A stretch of DNA of 37,535 bases. It comes from a virus. Lineage: Duplodnaviria; Caudoviricetes. Under the pieces are notes generated by a model. That model had not been told where the DNA came from and made no database searches. It worked only from the letters and a program-made list of their open reading frames with translations. The DNA is taken from IMG/VR virus record IMGVR_UViG_3300037485_000570, positions 1 to 37,535 of that record; one strand, 5' to 3'. The stretch's first letter is position 1. Every line of letters begins with the position of its first letter. The translations under genes and the position numbers were made by a program. This document shows, piece by piece, positions 18,315 through 25,071 of the stretch.

Positions 18315-18493
18315 TAACAGGGATCAGTGTCGTTCGCTGCGCTGGGGTCGAGCAGATCGGTCAGTAGTTTCTCGGCTGCGATAATGGTGGATGCCAGGAA
18401 AATAACTGCTTGTTCTTTCTTGCCTGTTTCGAGCAGATTGGGCAGTCGTCTGGCGGCTTCTTGAATTTTGATTAAATGTTCGGCTTGGTTCAT
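18314..18493 (-). CDS. Hypothetical protein (59 aa, not in ORF track)
   Basis: MNQAEHLIKIQEAARRLPNLLETGKKEQAVIFLASTIIAAEKLLTDLLDPSAANDTDPC; AAGGA RBS; TAG stop lies inside GTTAGCC. Confidence 0.65.
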   Translation of the reverse strand: MNQAEHLIKIQEAARRLPNLLETGKKEQAVIFLASTIIAAEKLLTDLLDPSAANDTDPC

Positions 18494-18512
18494 GGCTGTC
18501 CTTGGTCAGTAG

Positions 18513-18578
18513 TTATCTGGTCGGGTATCGTTTGTTTTCACGCGCTTTGCGGCGGTCGTTGCGGGTTGGTTTGGTCAT
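18513..18578 (-). CDS. Arg/Lys-rich 21-aa peptide
   Basis: MTKPTRNDRRKARENKRYPTR; GAGAGG RBS; fills the gap between two operon genes. Confidence 0.45.
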   Translation of the reverse strand: MTKPTRNDRRKARENKRYPTR

Positions 18579-18581
18579 TTC

Positions 18582-18866
18582 TCACCTCTCGTCCCAAATG
18601 TCGAGTTCAGCGCAAACCGCCTCCATTCCCGGCCTCGCCTTATAAGTGACCAGTTCGCCACGATCATCAATGGCCGTGACGCGGCGGTAAGCCTGGCCAG
18701 GAAGAATGCACCACTTATCAGCCTCGGCTGCCTCGACTAATAGGCGCTGGTCTGCTGTTTCGCAATGCGCGGCTGTGTATCCAGACTTCAGCCACTGTGC
18801 GCTGGCGTCGCAGCGGTGCTGCTTTTTTGCAGTCACAATCTTGTCAGACAAAATTCTGTCAGTCAT
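18582..18866 (-). CDS. Hypothetical early protein
   Basis: ATGA-coupled operon gene; AKKQHRC...CILPGQAY motif is common in phage small proteins. Confidence 0.7.
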   Translation of the reverse strand: MTDRILSDKIVTAKKQHRCDASAQWLKSGYTAAHCETADQRLLVEAAEADKWCILPGQAYRRVTAIDDRGELVTYKARPGMEAVCAELDIWDER

Positions 18867-19111
18867 TTTTCACCCCTTGCTAGTATGGCTTCCTCAATAT
18901 CTTCAGCGTCTCTACCAGCGGCCACTTCGCTACAAAGTGCGGCACGTAGGGCATCGGCTTCGGAGCCGAGAAAATCAAAAAGGGTCTCAAACCTGTTAAT
19001 CCAAATGGTGTCTGTAATTTTCCCTTGTTCATTTGCCGCTTCGAGCGTGATGATTGCGGCCTCAATCGTTGTTAGCGCCTGTTGTGCGGCTTCTCTAAGT
19101 TTGTCAGTCAT
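18863..19111 (-). CDS. Hypothetical early protein
   Basis: Overlapping start/stop with both neighbours. Confidence 0.7.
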   Translation of the reverse strand: MTDKLREAAQQALTTIEAAIITLEAANEQGKITDTIWINRFETLFDFLGSEADALRAALCSEVAAGRDAEDIEEAILARGEK

Positions 19112-19434
19112 TCTTCATACCCTTCCATTATCAAATCAGCACATTCATGTAAAGCATCGAAAGCAAGTGGGCTTCGTCCGTTTGCTTCTGCGTAACATAG
19201 CTCGGCACACTCTTTGCGTACTTTTGCTTCAAAAGTTTTTTCGCGCTCATCATGCGAAGTCTGGTCAGACATCACTGCTCTAGCCAATGCTTCACAAGTT
19301 GTCAGCTTATTTTTCAGCTTGTCGTGCAGCGGTTCCCAGTATTCCATGTCAACAGAAGTTGTTTCAAAGTTTGGGTTTTCGACTAGCTGCTCAATTAGTC
19401 GCAGCTTTATTTCAAGCCTGTCGTCTTTACTCAT
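19108..19434 (-). CDS. Hypothetical early protein
   Basis: Overlapping start/stop with neighbours; CEALARAVMSDQ motif. Confidence 0.7.
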   Translation of the reverse strand: MSKDDRLEIKLRLIEQLVENPNFETTSVDMEYWEPLHDKLKNKLTTCEALARAVMSDQTSHDEREKTFEAKVRKECAELCYAEANGRSPLAFDALHECADLIMEGYEE

Positions 19435-19642
19435 TTTGCCCCCATTCCTGTTCTAGTGTAATCGTTGGCGATGCGTCACAAGAGTCGGCCAGGTATGTGA
19501 TCGTTGCCACAAAAATCACACCAATGATTGCAACGACGCGATTTTCTATCGACCATTGACTTGGGTCTATTTGCCAAAAGACAAACGATGTTGTCAGGTA
19601 CGATACCGCGATTGGCAGTATTACAAGTTTCATCATTTTCAT
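19427..19642 (-). CDS. Small two-TM membrane protein
   Basis: AAGGA RBS, MKMMKLVILP start, two hydrophobic segments around DPSQWS. Confidence 0.65.
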   Translation of the reverse strand: MKMMKLVILPIAVSYLTTSFVFWQIDPSQWSIENRVVAIIGVIFVATITYLADSCDASPTITLEQEWGQNE

Positions 19643-19655
19643 TTCATTCCTTTTC

Positions 19656-19712
19656 ACATAACTTAACGTTTAAGCGGATTCGCTACGCTCACCACTGAAC
19701 TCGGCGTTAGGC
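19656..19712 (+). mobile_element. attC-like integron recombination site (57 bp)
   Basis: ACATAAC-TTAAC-GTTTAAGCGG-ATTCGCTACGCTCA-CCACTGAAC-TCGGC-GTTAGGC: R''/L''/L'/R' layout with an extra base in L''; intergenic. Confidence 0.8.
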
Positions 19713-19886
19713 CACACGGCCCCGCTTCCACGCGCGCAGCCAGTACGGCAGCCGCAGTGCCAGCGCCATCAAGATAAACGGCAAAGCCCACCATCTGGAT
19801 TCCGACGCCAACCACACGTTGGCAAGCACTATTTGCGCCCAGAAAGCCATATCTTCGGCAGTTGTTGGGTTTCCCATCATTTTCAT
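19707..19886 (-). CDS. Small Trp-rich membrane protein (59 aa, not in ORF track)
   Basis: MKMMGNPTTAEDMAFWAQIVLANVWLASESRWWALPFILMALALRLPYWLRAWKRGRVA; AAAGGA RBS; TAA stop lies inside GCCTAAC of the attC-like site. Confidence 0.7.
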   Translation of the reverse strand: MKMMGNPTTAEDMAFWAQIVLANVWLASESRWWALPFILMALALRLPYWLRAWKRGRVA

Positions 19887-20281
19887 TTCATTCCTTTCAA
19901 GTATCGTTTAAGCCTCATTGAGGGCATTCTTCTGTGGCGCGTCTTTTTTTCTTGGTTCTGTGGCGCGTCTTTTTTTCTTGGATAGAATTGGTTAATGAAC
20001 GGCGAATCAATTTGAGTGTAATCGCGCTTCGGAATTCTTGGATGGTAAACCCAACAAAAAATGGAGCAGCCTCCTCGATACACTTCGCTTTGCAGGTAAA
20101 AAACGCGCCTGTAGCCAAGGAAGTTCATAAAGCGCCACCAAAATGTGCGCTTGCTTATGTTTATGTCATTCATTTTTGCTTTCAGCGCTTCAAGTAGTTC
20201 GCGCTCATCTGCTCGTACTTTTGCTTCGAGTAATTCAGCGAAGCGAAACATCTGTTCTGTGCGCTTGCTTATGTCATTCAT
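19883..20281 (-). CDS. Hypothetical protein, apparently chimeric
   Basis: AAAGGA RBS; internal duplication of its own start (MNDISKRT / MNDINISKRT). Confidence 0.6.
   Translation of the reverse strand: MNDISKRTEQMFRFAELLEAKVRADERELLEALKAKMNDINISKRTFWWRFMNFLGYRRVFYLQSEVYRGGCSIFCWVYHPRIPKRDYTQIDSPFINQFYPRKKDAPQNQEKKTRHRRMPSMRLKRYLKGMK
19930..19981. repeat. Perfect 26-bp tandem duplication
   Basis: TTCTGTGGCGCGTCTTTTTTTCTTGG x2. Confidence 0.9.
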
Positions 20282-20291
20282 TTCATTCCTT

Positions 20292-20531
20292 TCAAGCGGG
20301 AGGCTCTAATCGAGCATCCCAATTTTTTGAGAAACTGAACGGCAGGCGACCGTAAATCATGGCCAGCCTGCGTTCCTCTGTGCTCAGTTCGCACTGGCGT
20401 ACTGCCTTCCTGGGCGGTGGCGGTGTCACGCTGTCCTGTTTGACCACGGTTTGCTTCACCACGGCCTGTTTGACCACGGACTGCTTCACCACGGACTGTT
20501 TCGCCACAGGTTTACCCATCAAATAGATCAT
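20292..20531 (-). CDS. Hypothetical protein with 5-aa repeats (xVVKQ)
   Basis: VAKQ SVVKQ SVVKQ AVVKQ TVVKQ, encoded by 15-bp repeats at about 20436-20510. Confidence 0.65.
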   Translation of the reverse strand: MIYLMGKPVAKQSVVKQSVVKQAVVKQTVVKQDSVTPPPPRKAVRQCELSTEERRLAMIYGRLPFSFSKNWDARLEPPA

Positions 20532-20722
20532 TTCATGTTCCCGAGAAGCCAGTCATCGACGTCTTGTTTTCGGTATCTGATTGCGCTTCGGCGGCCTTCG
20601 CCCATCTTGATAAACCTGGGGCCTTGGCCGAGGAACCGCCAGCGCTCCAGTGTGCCGATGTGGACTTGAAGCGCTTCAGCGACCTGCTCGGGTGTCATGA
20701 TGTCAGGGGCGGTTGTGATCAT
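20528..20722 (-). CDS. AlpA/excisionase-like helix-turn-helix protein
   Basis: MTPEQVAEALQVHIGTLERWR..GQGPRFIK...IRYRKQDVDDWL. Confidence 0.85.
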   Translation of the reverse strand: MITTAPDIMTPEQVAEALQVHIGTLERWRFLGQGPRFIKMGEGRRSAIRYRKQDVDDWLLGNMK

Positions 20723-20732
20723 GGCTGCTCTC

Positions 20733-21572
20733 TCAGATGGGCGAGTCATCGGTCTGCGGCATCTCGGCGGTCTGCGGCATCTCGATCACGTTGTCGTCTT
20801 GCGCTTGTTCTGGCTTTGACGGCGCTGCATCGGCTACACGCTGCAGCCTGCTCGGGCGCTTCGCTGCTGGCTCTGCGGCTGGCTCTGCGGCTTCTTGCTG
20901 GGCTGGAGCGGTTTCCGTGGCGGGTGGCATAAAAAGATCGTCGTCCTCGCGGATCACACCGTCGATGTCAGTGCTTAGTGGCAGACGCTTGGCATGGCGG
21001 CGCACCACGGTTTTCTTGGCCATCTCAGCAAAATCGGTGACCCAGGGGCCGGACTGACCGGAGCGGCTGCGGCGGCGTATCGCTTCGACATCCTCGACCG
21101 ACATCACCTCGCGGGACTTTTCGCCGTCCTTCATGGTCACGATGCTGTACACGGCGATCATCTTGCCCCGGCTGGCCAGCGTCGGCTTGTGAGTGATGTG
21201 CTCGTCGTCGCCCAGGCAGAAGTCGAAGCTGTCGTTTTCGTAGACTGCTTGGACTGACCAGGTGCTGATCTCGCCAGAGTTGCGGACTAGTTTCATGATT
21301 CCGGCGACCATCGGCATCCACTGTGCCTGGTCCTTGAAGGTAACGATGGCACCTTCTCGACCGTCCGGCATCAGACCCATCTGCGCGGCTTTTGTGGCGG
21401 CTGCGAACAGCGTCCGGCGGTCAGCCTGCATAAGCTGCGGGTTGGTCTGGACGGCGGTCAGTGTCGTGCGGACAAAGCGTTCGACCGGGACGTGAGACGG
21501 TAGCGCGGCTTTGAATTGTGGAGCCATTTTTTCGATGGCGGTTCGTACTTCTACTACTGCTGTGCTGCTCAT
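20733..21572 (-). CDS. recT: RecT-family single-strand annealing recombinase
   Basis: FKAALPSHVPVERFVR, AQMGLMPDGRE, GPWVTDFAEMAKKTVVRRHAKRLPLS; AAGGAG RBS before ATG 21572. Confidence 0.92.
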   Translation of the reverse strand: MSSTAVVEVRTAIEKMAPQFKAALPSHVPVERFVRTTLTAVQTNPQLMQADRRTLFAAATKAAQMGLMPDGREGAIVTFKDQAQWMPMVAGIMKLVRNSGEISTWSVQAVYENDSFDFCLGDDEHITHKPTLASRGKMIAVYSIVTMKDGEKSREVMSVEDVEAIRRRSRSGQSGPWVTDFAEMAKKTVVRRHAKRLPLSTDIDGVIREDDDLFMPPATETAPAQQEAAEPAAEPAAKRPSRLQRVADAAPSKPEQAQDDNVIEMPQTAEMPQTDDSPI

Positions 21573-21597
21573 ACTTGCTCCTTGGTTGGTTGGTTGG

Positions 21598-21616
21598 TGT
21601 TGCGATTTTCGCATCA
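21598..21616. promoter_or_regulatory. 19-bp palindromic operator upstream of recT
   Basis: TGTTGCGATTTTCGCATCA, adjoining a minus-strand TATACT (21616-21621). Confidence 0.7.
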
Positions 21617-21623
21617 GTATAAC

Positions 21624-22580
21624 CTAGTTTTTGCGGCTTGTGTTGGTTATTCTCATGTTTCTGTAGCCTTTTCGTCCACCATACGTCTGGCCGACCATGT
21701 CGGCGGTGATCACTGTTGGCGGCGTATCCGCGATCATACTGGCGCTTATTTTCCAGCCTTGTCCGATGACTTTCTCGGCATCGCCAATTGCGGTAAGCAG
21801 CATTGCTTTGGCGATCTCGGCGTCGTCTTTGGCGTTGTCTGCCAGCGCTTTGGCCGTTTTGTAGTTGGTCACCATCGTTTCGATATTCGCATCGTTGCTG
21901 GCATCAAGGACTTTACCTGGGTCAGCGTACTGGTGCAGCCGGATCACTGCCTGGGCATCGTCGGGCATGATTGGCGGCGGTTCCTCACCGGCAGCGACCG
22001 TGCGCCAGAATTCTGCGACCCGGTGACGTATGGCGCGGATCACTTCCTCGTCGCGCTCTCGCTCTATCACTACCGTTCTGTTGCCACCGATCAGTGCGCC
22101 GATGTAAGCGCGCTTGAGACCGGACACGGCCATTTGGTGCTGCACTTGCATTTCGATATGCTCGGGCGCTTCGACCGTGCCGTCGTCGTGCTCGATCCAG
22201 CCGTCGCGGAATGCCATGTAGTCGACGTTTTTGATCTCAAGGTGCGCTGCTCCGTCCGGGTGATTGGTGATCAGAAAGTCAAAAGAGGCTCCGATCCGTG
22301 CGTCCGGGTCGCGCATGTATTCTTTCATCGGGCGTATTTCCCATCCACGCTCCTCGGCGATGCCGTGCGCGATGGCGGACTCCAAGCGGTTGCCCCACTT
22401 CATGCGCTCGTTGGCTTTGAATTCCGGCGCTGTGCCGCTGTGTTTGCGATGCCACAGCTCGTAATGGGTCACGTAGGGCGACATACCAAAAAGGGCGGCA
22501 GATTCGGTGCTGGTCACGTCACGCTGGCGGTGCGCCAGCCATTCTGCCTCGGTAGTGTATTGGATTACTTCTGTTGTCAT
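21624..22580 (-). CDS. YqaJ-like (lambda-type) exonuclease
   Basis: EWLAHR...TSTESAALFG.SPY, WGNRLE, GASFD, LEIKN, QVQHQMAVSG; paired with RecT. Confidence 0.9.
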   Translation of the reverse strand: MTTEVIQYTTEAEWLAHRQRDVTSTESAALFGMSPYVTHYELWHRKHSGTAPEFKANERMKWGNRLESAIAHGIAEERGWEIRPMKEYMRDPDARIGASFDFLITNHPDGAAHLEIKNVDYMAFRDGWIEHDDGTVEAPEHIEMQVQHQMAVSGLKRAYIGALIGGNRTVVIERERDEEVIRAIRHRVAEFWRTVAAGEEPPPIMPDDAQAVIRLHQYADPGKVLDASNDANIETMVTNYKTAKALADNAKDDAEIAKAMLLTAIGDAEKVIGQGWKISASMIADTPPTVITADMVGQTYGGRKGYRNMRITNTSRKN

Positions 22581-22765
22581 TTCATGCACTCCCAATACTT
22601 GCCGTTGAATACTGGCTTGCCACCGTTTTTTACGCACAATGCGCGGTATTCTTCTGATGCAGGGTCTTTAACAGTGAAAACACTATGCGCGAATGCAAAA
22701 AATACAAAACTAGAAGCCACCGCAATTACCACTGTAATTACAGTTTCAAAAATAGCATCTTTCAT
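22577..22765 (-). CDS. Small membrane protein
   Basis: N-terminal TM helix and C..GG...WEC motif; ATGA coupling. Confidence 0.65.
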   Translation of the reverse strand: MKDAIFETVITVVIAVASSFVFFAFAHSVFTVKDPASEEYRALCVKNGGKPVFNGKYWECMK

Positions 22766-23133
22766 GTGTTTTTTTCCTTTAGTTTGGCTTCAATGGCTCG
22801 GGCAAACGCGATCATTGCCTCGCCAACAATGACGATGCCGCGCTGATCTGCGGTCTGTCTGATCTCCTCCTCATCCGTCAGCCCTTGCCATTCGCGTTGT
22901 TGTGGGGTGGTGTAGAGCCGAGCACCGATCGGAATGTCTTCCGGGTTTATGAGCCACGCAAAATAGCGCCCCAAAGGGGTGTGCCAGACAATGCCCGCAG
23001 CCACTGGCTCCTGCTCTGGCTGCGCTAGTCGTTCGCGTAGGGCTGTCGCCAGTTTTGTGGGGTAAGCAAAGTTACCTCCCACCAAAAAATCTAGCGCTTG
23101 CTGCATTATTTCTCGGTCAATTTTGTCAGTCAT
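22762..23133 (-). CDS. Hypothetical phage protein
   Basis: LAQPEQEPVA...LYTTP..REWQGLTDEE...FARAIEAKLKEKN, a pattern I associate with betaproteobacterial phages. Confidence 0.75.
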   Translation of the reverse strand: MTDKIDREIMQQALDFLVGGNFAYPTKLATALRERLAQPEQEPVAAGIVWHTPLGRYFAWLINPEDIPIGARLYTTPQQREWQGLTDEEEIRQTADQRGIVIVGEAMIAFARAIEAKLKEKNT

Positions 23134-23434
23134 TTAATGCACTCCCAATTTCAGCAGCAGCTTTGACGATGGCGCGGCGGGTGGCACACATCCAATCGTC
23201 GGAGTTATCGCAAATGCGAATCTCACCACCATCTGCGTGTGCCTCTCGCAGAGATACTCTCATCCCGAGGTGCATTGCCAGCCGCTGTGCATCGCCATCG
23301 TCGGTGAGCGGGTTCCATAACTTGTCGTCAACCAGCGGTGCGCCTTTGTCGTGCCAATCTTTGCCCCACTTTAAGCTGTACCCAGCCGCCCTCGCAGCCA
23401 GTTCTAGCAGTTCGCGGTCAGTCGTGTCAGTCAT
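23126..23434 (-). CDS. Conserved hypothetical phage protein
   Basis: TDRELLELAARAAG...WNPLTDDGDA.RLA...TRRAIVKAAAEIG. Confidence 0.75.
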   Translation of the reverse strand: MTDTTDRELLELAARAAGYSLKWGKDWHDKGAPLVDDKLWNPLTDDGDAQRLAMHLGMRVSLREAHADGGEIRICDNSDDWMCATRRAIVKAAAEIGSALND

Positions 23435-23718
23435 TTTTTTTCCTTCCTGCTTCTTGGTGCAATAAACAGAGGTTTTTCAATTGTGTAGAAGCGTTTGCCT
23501 GACGACGCGTACTTAGCCAGCAGTGTGGCGCTCATATCTGCTTCGGATGCGCTGGCGTAAATTGCTACCACTTCTACGCTTTCTTGAAAGTGTAGACGCA
23601 ACGATTCAGGGACTGTGACTGTGTTTGTGTTTGGTGGGTCGTTGTCAATCTCAGTTGATTGAGACACAGGAAATTGACCGCGATTAACCATAACTACGTA
23701 TGCTGTTTTTGCGCTCAT
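23431..23718 (-). CDS. Hypothetical protein
   Basis: ATGA-coupled in the early operon. Confidence 0.6.
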   Translation of the reverse strand: MSAKTAYVVMVNRGQFPVSQSTEIDNDPPNTNTVTVPESLRLHFQESVEVVAIYASASEADMSATLLAKYASSGKRFYTIEKPLFIAPRSRKEKK

Positions 23719-23897
23719 AAGACCCCCGCGACGCCAAGGCCAACAATCACAGCAAATCCGATCAAACAGACAACCAGCACTATTCGGTCTGCTAATGAGT
23801 TTTCCTCACCTAAAAGAGCGCTCTGCAGGCGCTCCATGTCTGGGTCTGGTACGTACGCTTGTTTACGCACGTATGCGGAGCCTATTTTTACTTTCAT
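23715..23897 (-). CDS. Small membrane protein, first gene of the leftward early operon
   Basis: AAAGGA RBS, MKVKIGSAY...DMERLQSALL plus a C-terminal TM helix. Confidence 0.7.
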   Translation of the reverse strand: MKVKIGSAYVRKQAYVPDPDMERLQSALLGEENSLADRIVLVVCLIGFAVIVGLGVAGVL

Positions 23898-23942
23898 CTT
23901 AATTCCTTTACCCCGAATTCCGTCGGGCGGCGGTGCAACGGG

Positions 23943-23985
23943 CGTTGCGATAATCGCATCATGCCACAAAATTATAATTAGTCAA
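23943..23985 (-). promoter_or_regulatory. Leftward early promoter with overlapping 19-bp operator
   Basis: Minus strand TTGACT-16 bp-CATGAT with extended -10 TG; operator CGTTGCGATAATCGCATCA at 23943-23961. Confidence 0.65.
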
Positions 23986-24039
23986 CACATAGCCTTATTG
24001 CTTTGTGTGGTTATTTGCTGTGTTGCGCTGGCGCTACAT

Positions 24040-24192
24040 TCACGGCTGGATCAGTAAGACGGGCGCTGCCCATTCCAGGCCGGCTTCGGTGATTCGACTC
24101 GACTGGTGTATTGCGTACTTTCCTTGGGCGTAGCCTAGGCGCGGGTATGCGACCGTCATCATTCCACCAGCCATGCGTTGCTGATGCCACAT
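24040..24192 (-). pseudogene. Remnant of a CI-like repressor (C-terminal end only, 50 aa)
   Basis: ...RLGYAQGKYAIHQSSRITEAGLEWAAPVLLIQP resembles the end of phage CI S24-type domains; divergent from the cro-like gene; no HTH present. Confidence 0.55.
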
Positions 24193-24210
24193 CTAGCGAG
24201 GCTTGGCAAT

Positions 24211-24229
24211 CGTTGTTATAATCACAACA
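24211..24229. promoter_or_regulatory. 19-bp operator overlapping the extended -10 (TGtTATAAT) of the cro-like gene
   Basis: CGTTGTTATAATCACAACA. Confidence 0.6.
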
Positions 24230-24249
24230 CCTAAACTCTAATTTTAATC

Positions 24250-24489
24250 ATGACCCCTGCTGACAAAGTGATCGAAGTTTTTGGTGGCATCCGTGCCGTA
24301 GCGAAGCTAGTCGGGCGAAATCCCTCGAGCATCCAGCGCTGGAAGAAGCCTCGCTCAGAGCGCGGGACGGGCGGCGCTGTGCCTACCGCGTGCCAGGGTA
24401 GGCTGCTGGCAATTGCGCGCGAGCGGGGTATCACGCTGACAGCTGACGACCTGATCATGACAACCGATACGCGCAACCACGTGGTTTGA
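24250..24489 (+). CDS. Cro-like HTH transcriptional regulator
   Basis: VIEVFGGIRAVAKLVGRNPSSIQRW...GGAVP...ITLTADDL; first gene of the rightward operon. Confidence 0.85.
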   Translation: MTPADKVIEVFGGIRAVAKLVGRNPSSIQRWKKPRSERGTGGAVPTACQGRLLAIARERGITLTADDLIMTTDTRNHVV

Positions 24490-24492
24490 CGT

Positions 24493-25071
24493 ATGACGAT
24501 GGTAGAAATTACATGCAAGTGCTGTGTCTTGCAAAAGCCAGAGGACCAGTTCCATCTCAGGAAAGAAACTGGACGCCGCAGGACTACGTGCAAGCAGTGC
24601 TGGCGGGTCAAGACAGACGCTTGGGCTAAAGCCAATATTGAGCGACGTCGCGCCATTTCGCTGAAGTGGGCCAAGGCGAATCCTGAGTATTTGAAAAACA
24701 AGAAAACTGAGTACAGGGCAAAAGATCCTGTGCGTATGAGGAAGTGGGCGATTGAAAACCCCGAAAAAATGAAGGCGTGCCAAGATCGGTGGTATGAAAA
24801 CAACAAGGAAAAAAAAGCGGAGCATGCCGCAAACCGTCGGGCGCGTATGCGGAATGCCGTTCCGTCGTGGGCGAACAGGTTTTTTGTTGAGGAAGCGTAC
24901 CGCCTTGCAAAACTTCGGACGCAGATGTTCGGCTTCCGATGGGAAGTCGATCACATCGTCCCGTTGGCTGGCAAGTTGGTTTGCGGGTTGCACGTAGAGA
25001 CGAACCTGCGGGTTATCCCTTGCACCGAAAACAGAGTGAAAGGCCACCACCGATGGCCTGACATGCCATGA
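24493..25071 (+). CDS. HNH endonuclease with N-terminal zinc finger
   Basis: CxxC...CKQC, basic repeats, WEVDHIVPLAGKLVCGLHVETNLRVIPCTENRVKGH. Confidence 0.9.
   Translation: MTMVEITCKCCVLQKPEDQFHLRKETGRRRTTCKQCWRVKTDAWAKANIERRRAISLKWAKANPEYLKNKKTEYRAKDPVRMRKWAIENPEKMKACQDRWYENNKEKKAEHAANRRARMRNAVPSWANRFFVEEAYRLAKLRTQMFGFRWEVDHIVPLAGKLVCGLHVETNLRVIPCTENRVKGHHRWPDMP

Noticed and set aside
18311-18370. A third full attC starting at CGGCTAAC
   Set aside because: No L boxes, stem or second R box follow; it is only a core site and runs straight into a coding sequence.
19631-20296. CRISPR-like mini-array from the three 20-23-bp repeats
   Set aside because: Spacing is 244 and about 395 bp, the spacers are whole genes, and the repeat is an RBS/start sequence; no cas genes.
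20745-20895. Short repeats at the recT 3' end (EMPQT x2, AAEP x2)
   Set aside because: Ordinary slippage in a disordered C-terminal tail.
21516-22832. 438-aa plus-strand ORF
   Set aside because: Antisense shadow of yqaJ and neighbours; no motifs or RBS.
24020-24038. Seventh operator (TGTTGCGCTGGCGCTACA)
   Set aside because: One base short with a GC-rich centre; too divergent to support.
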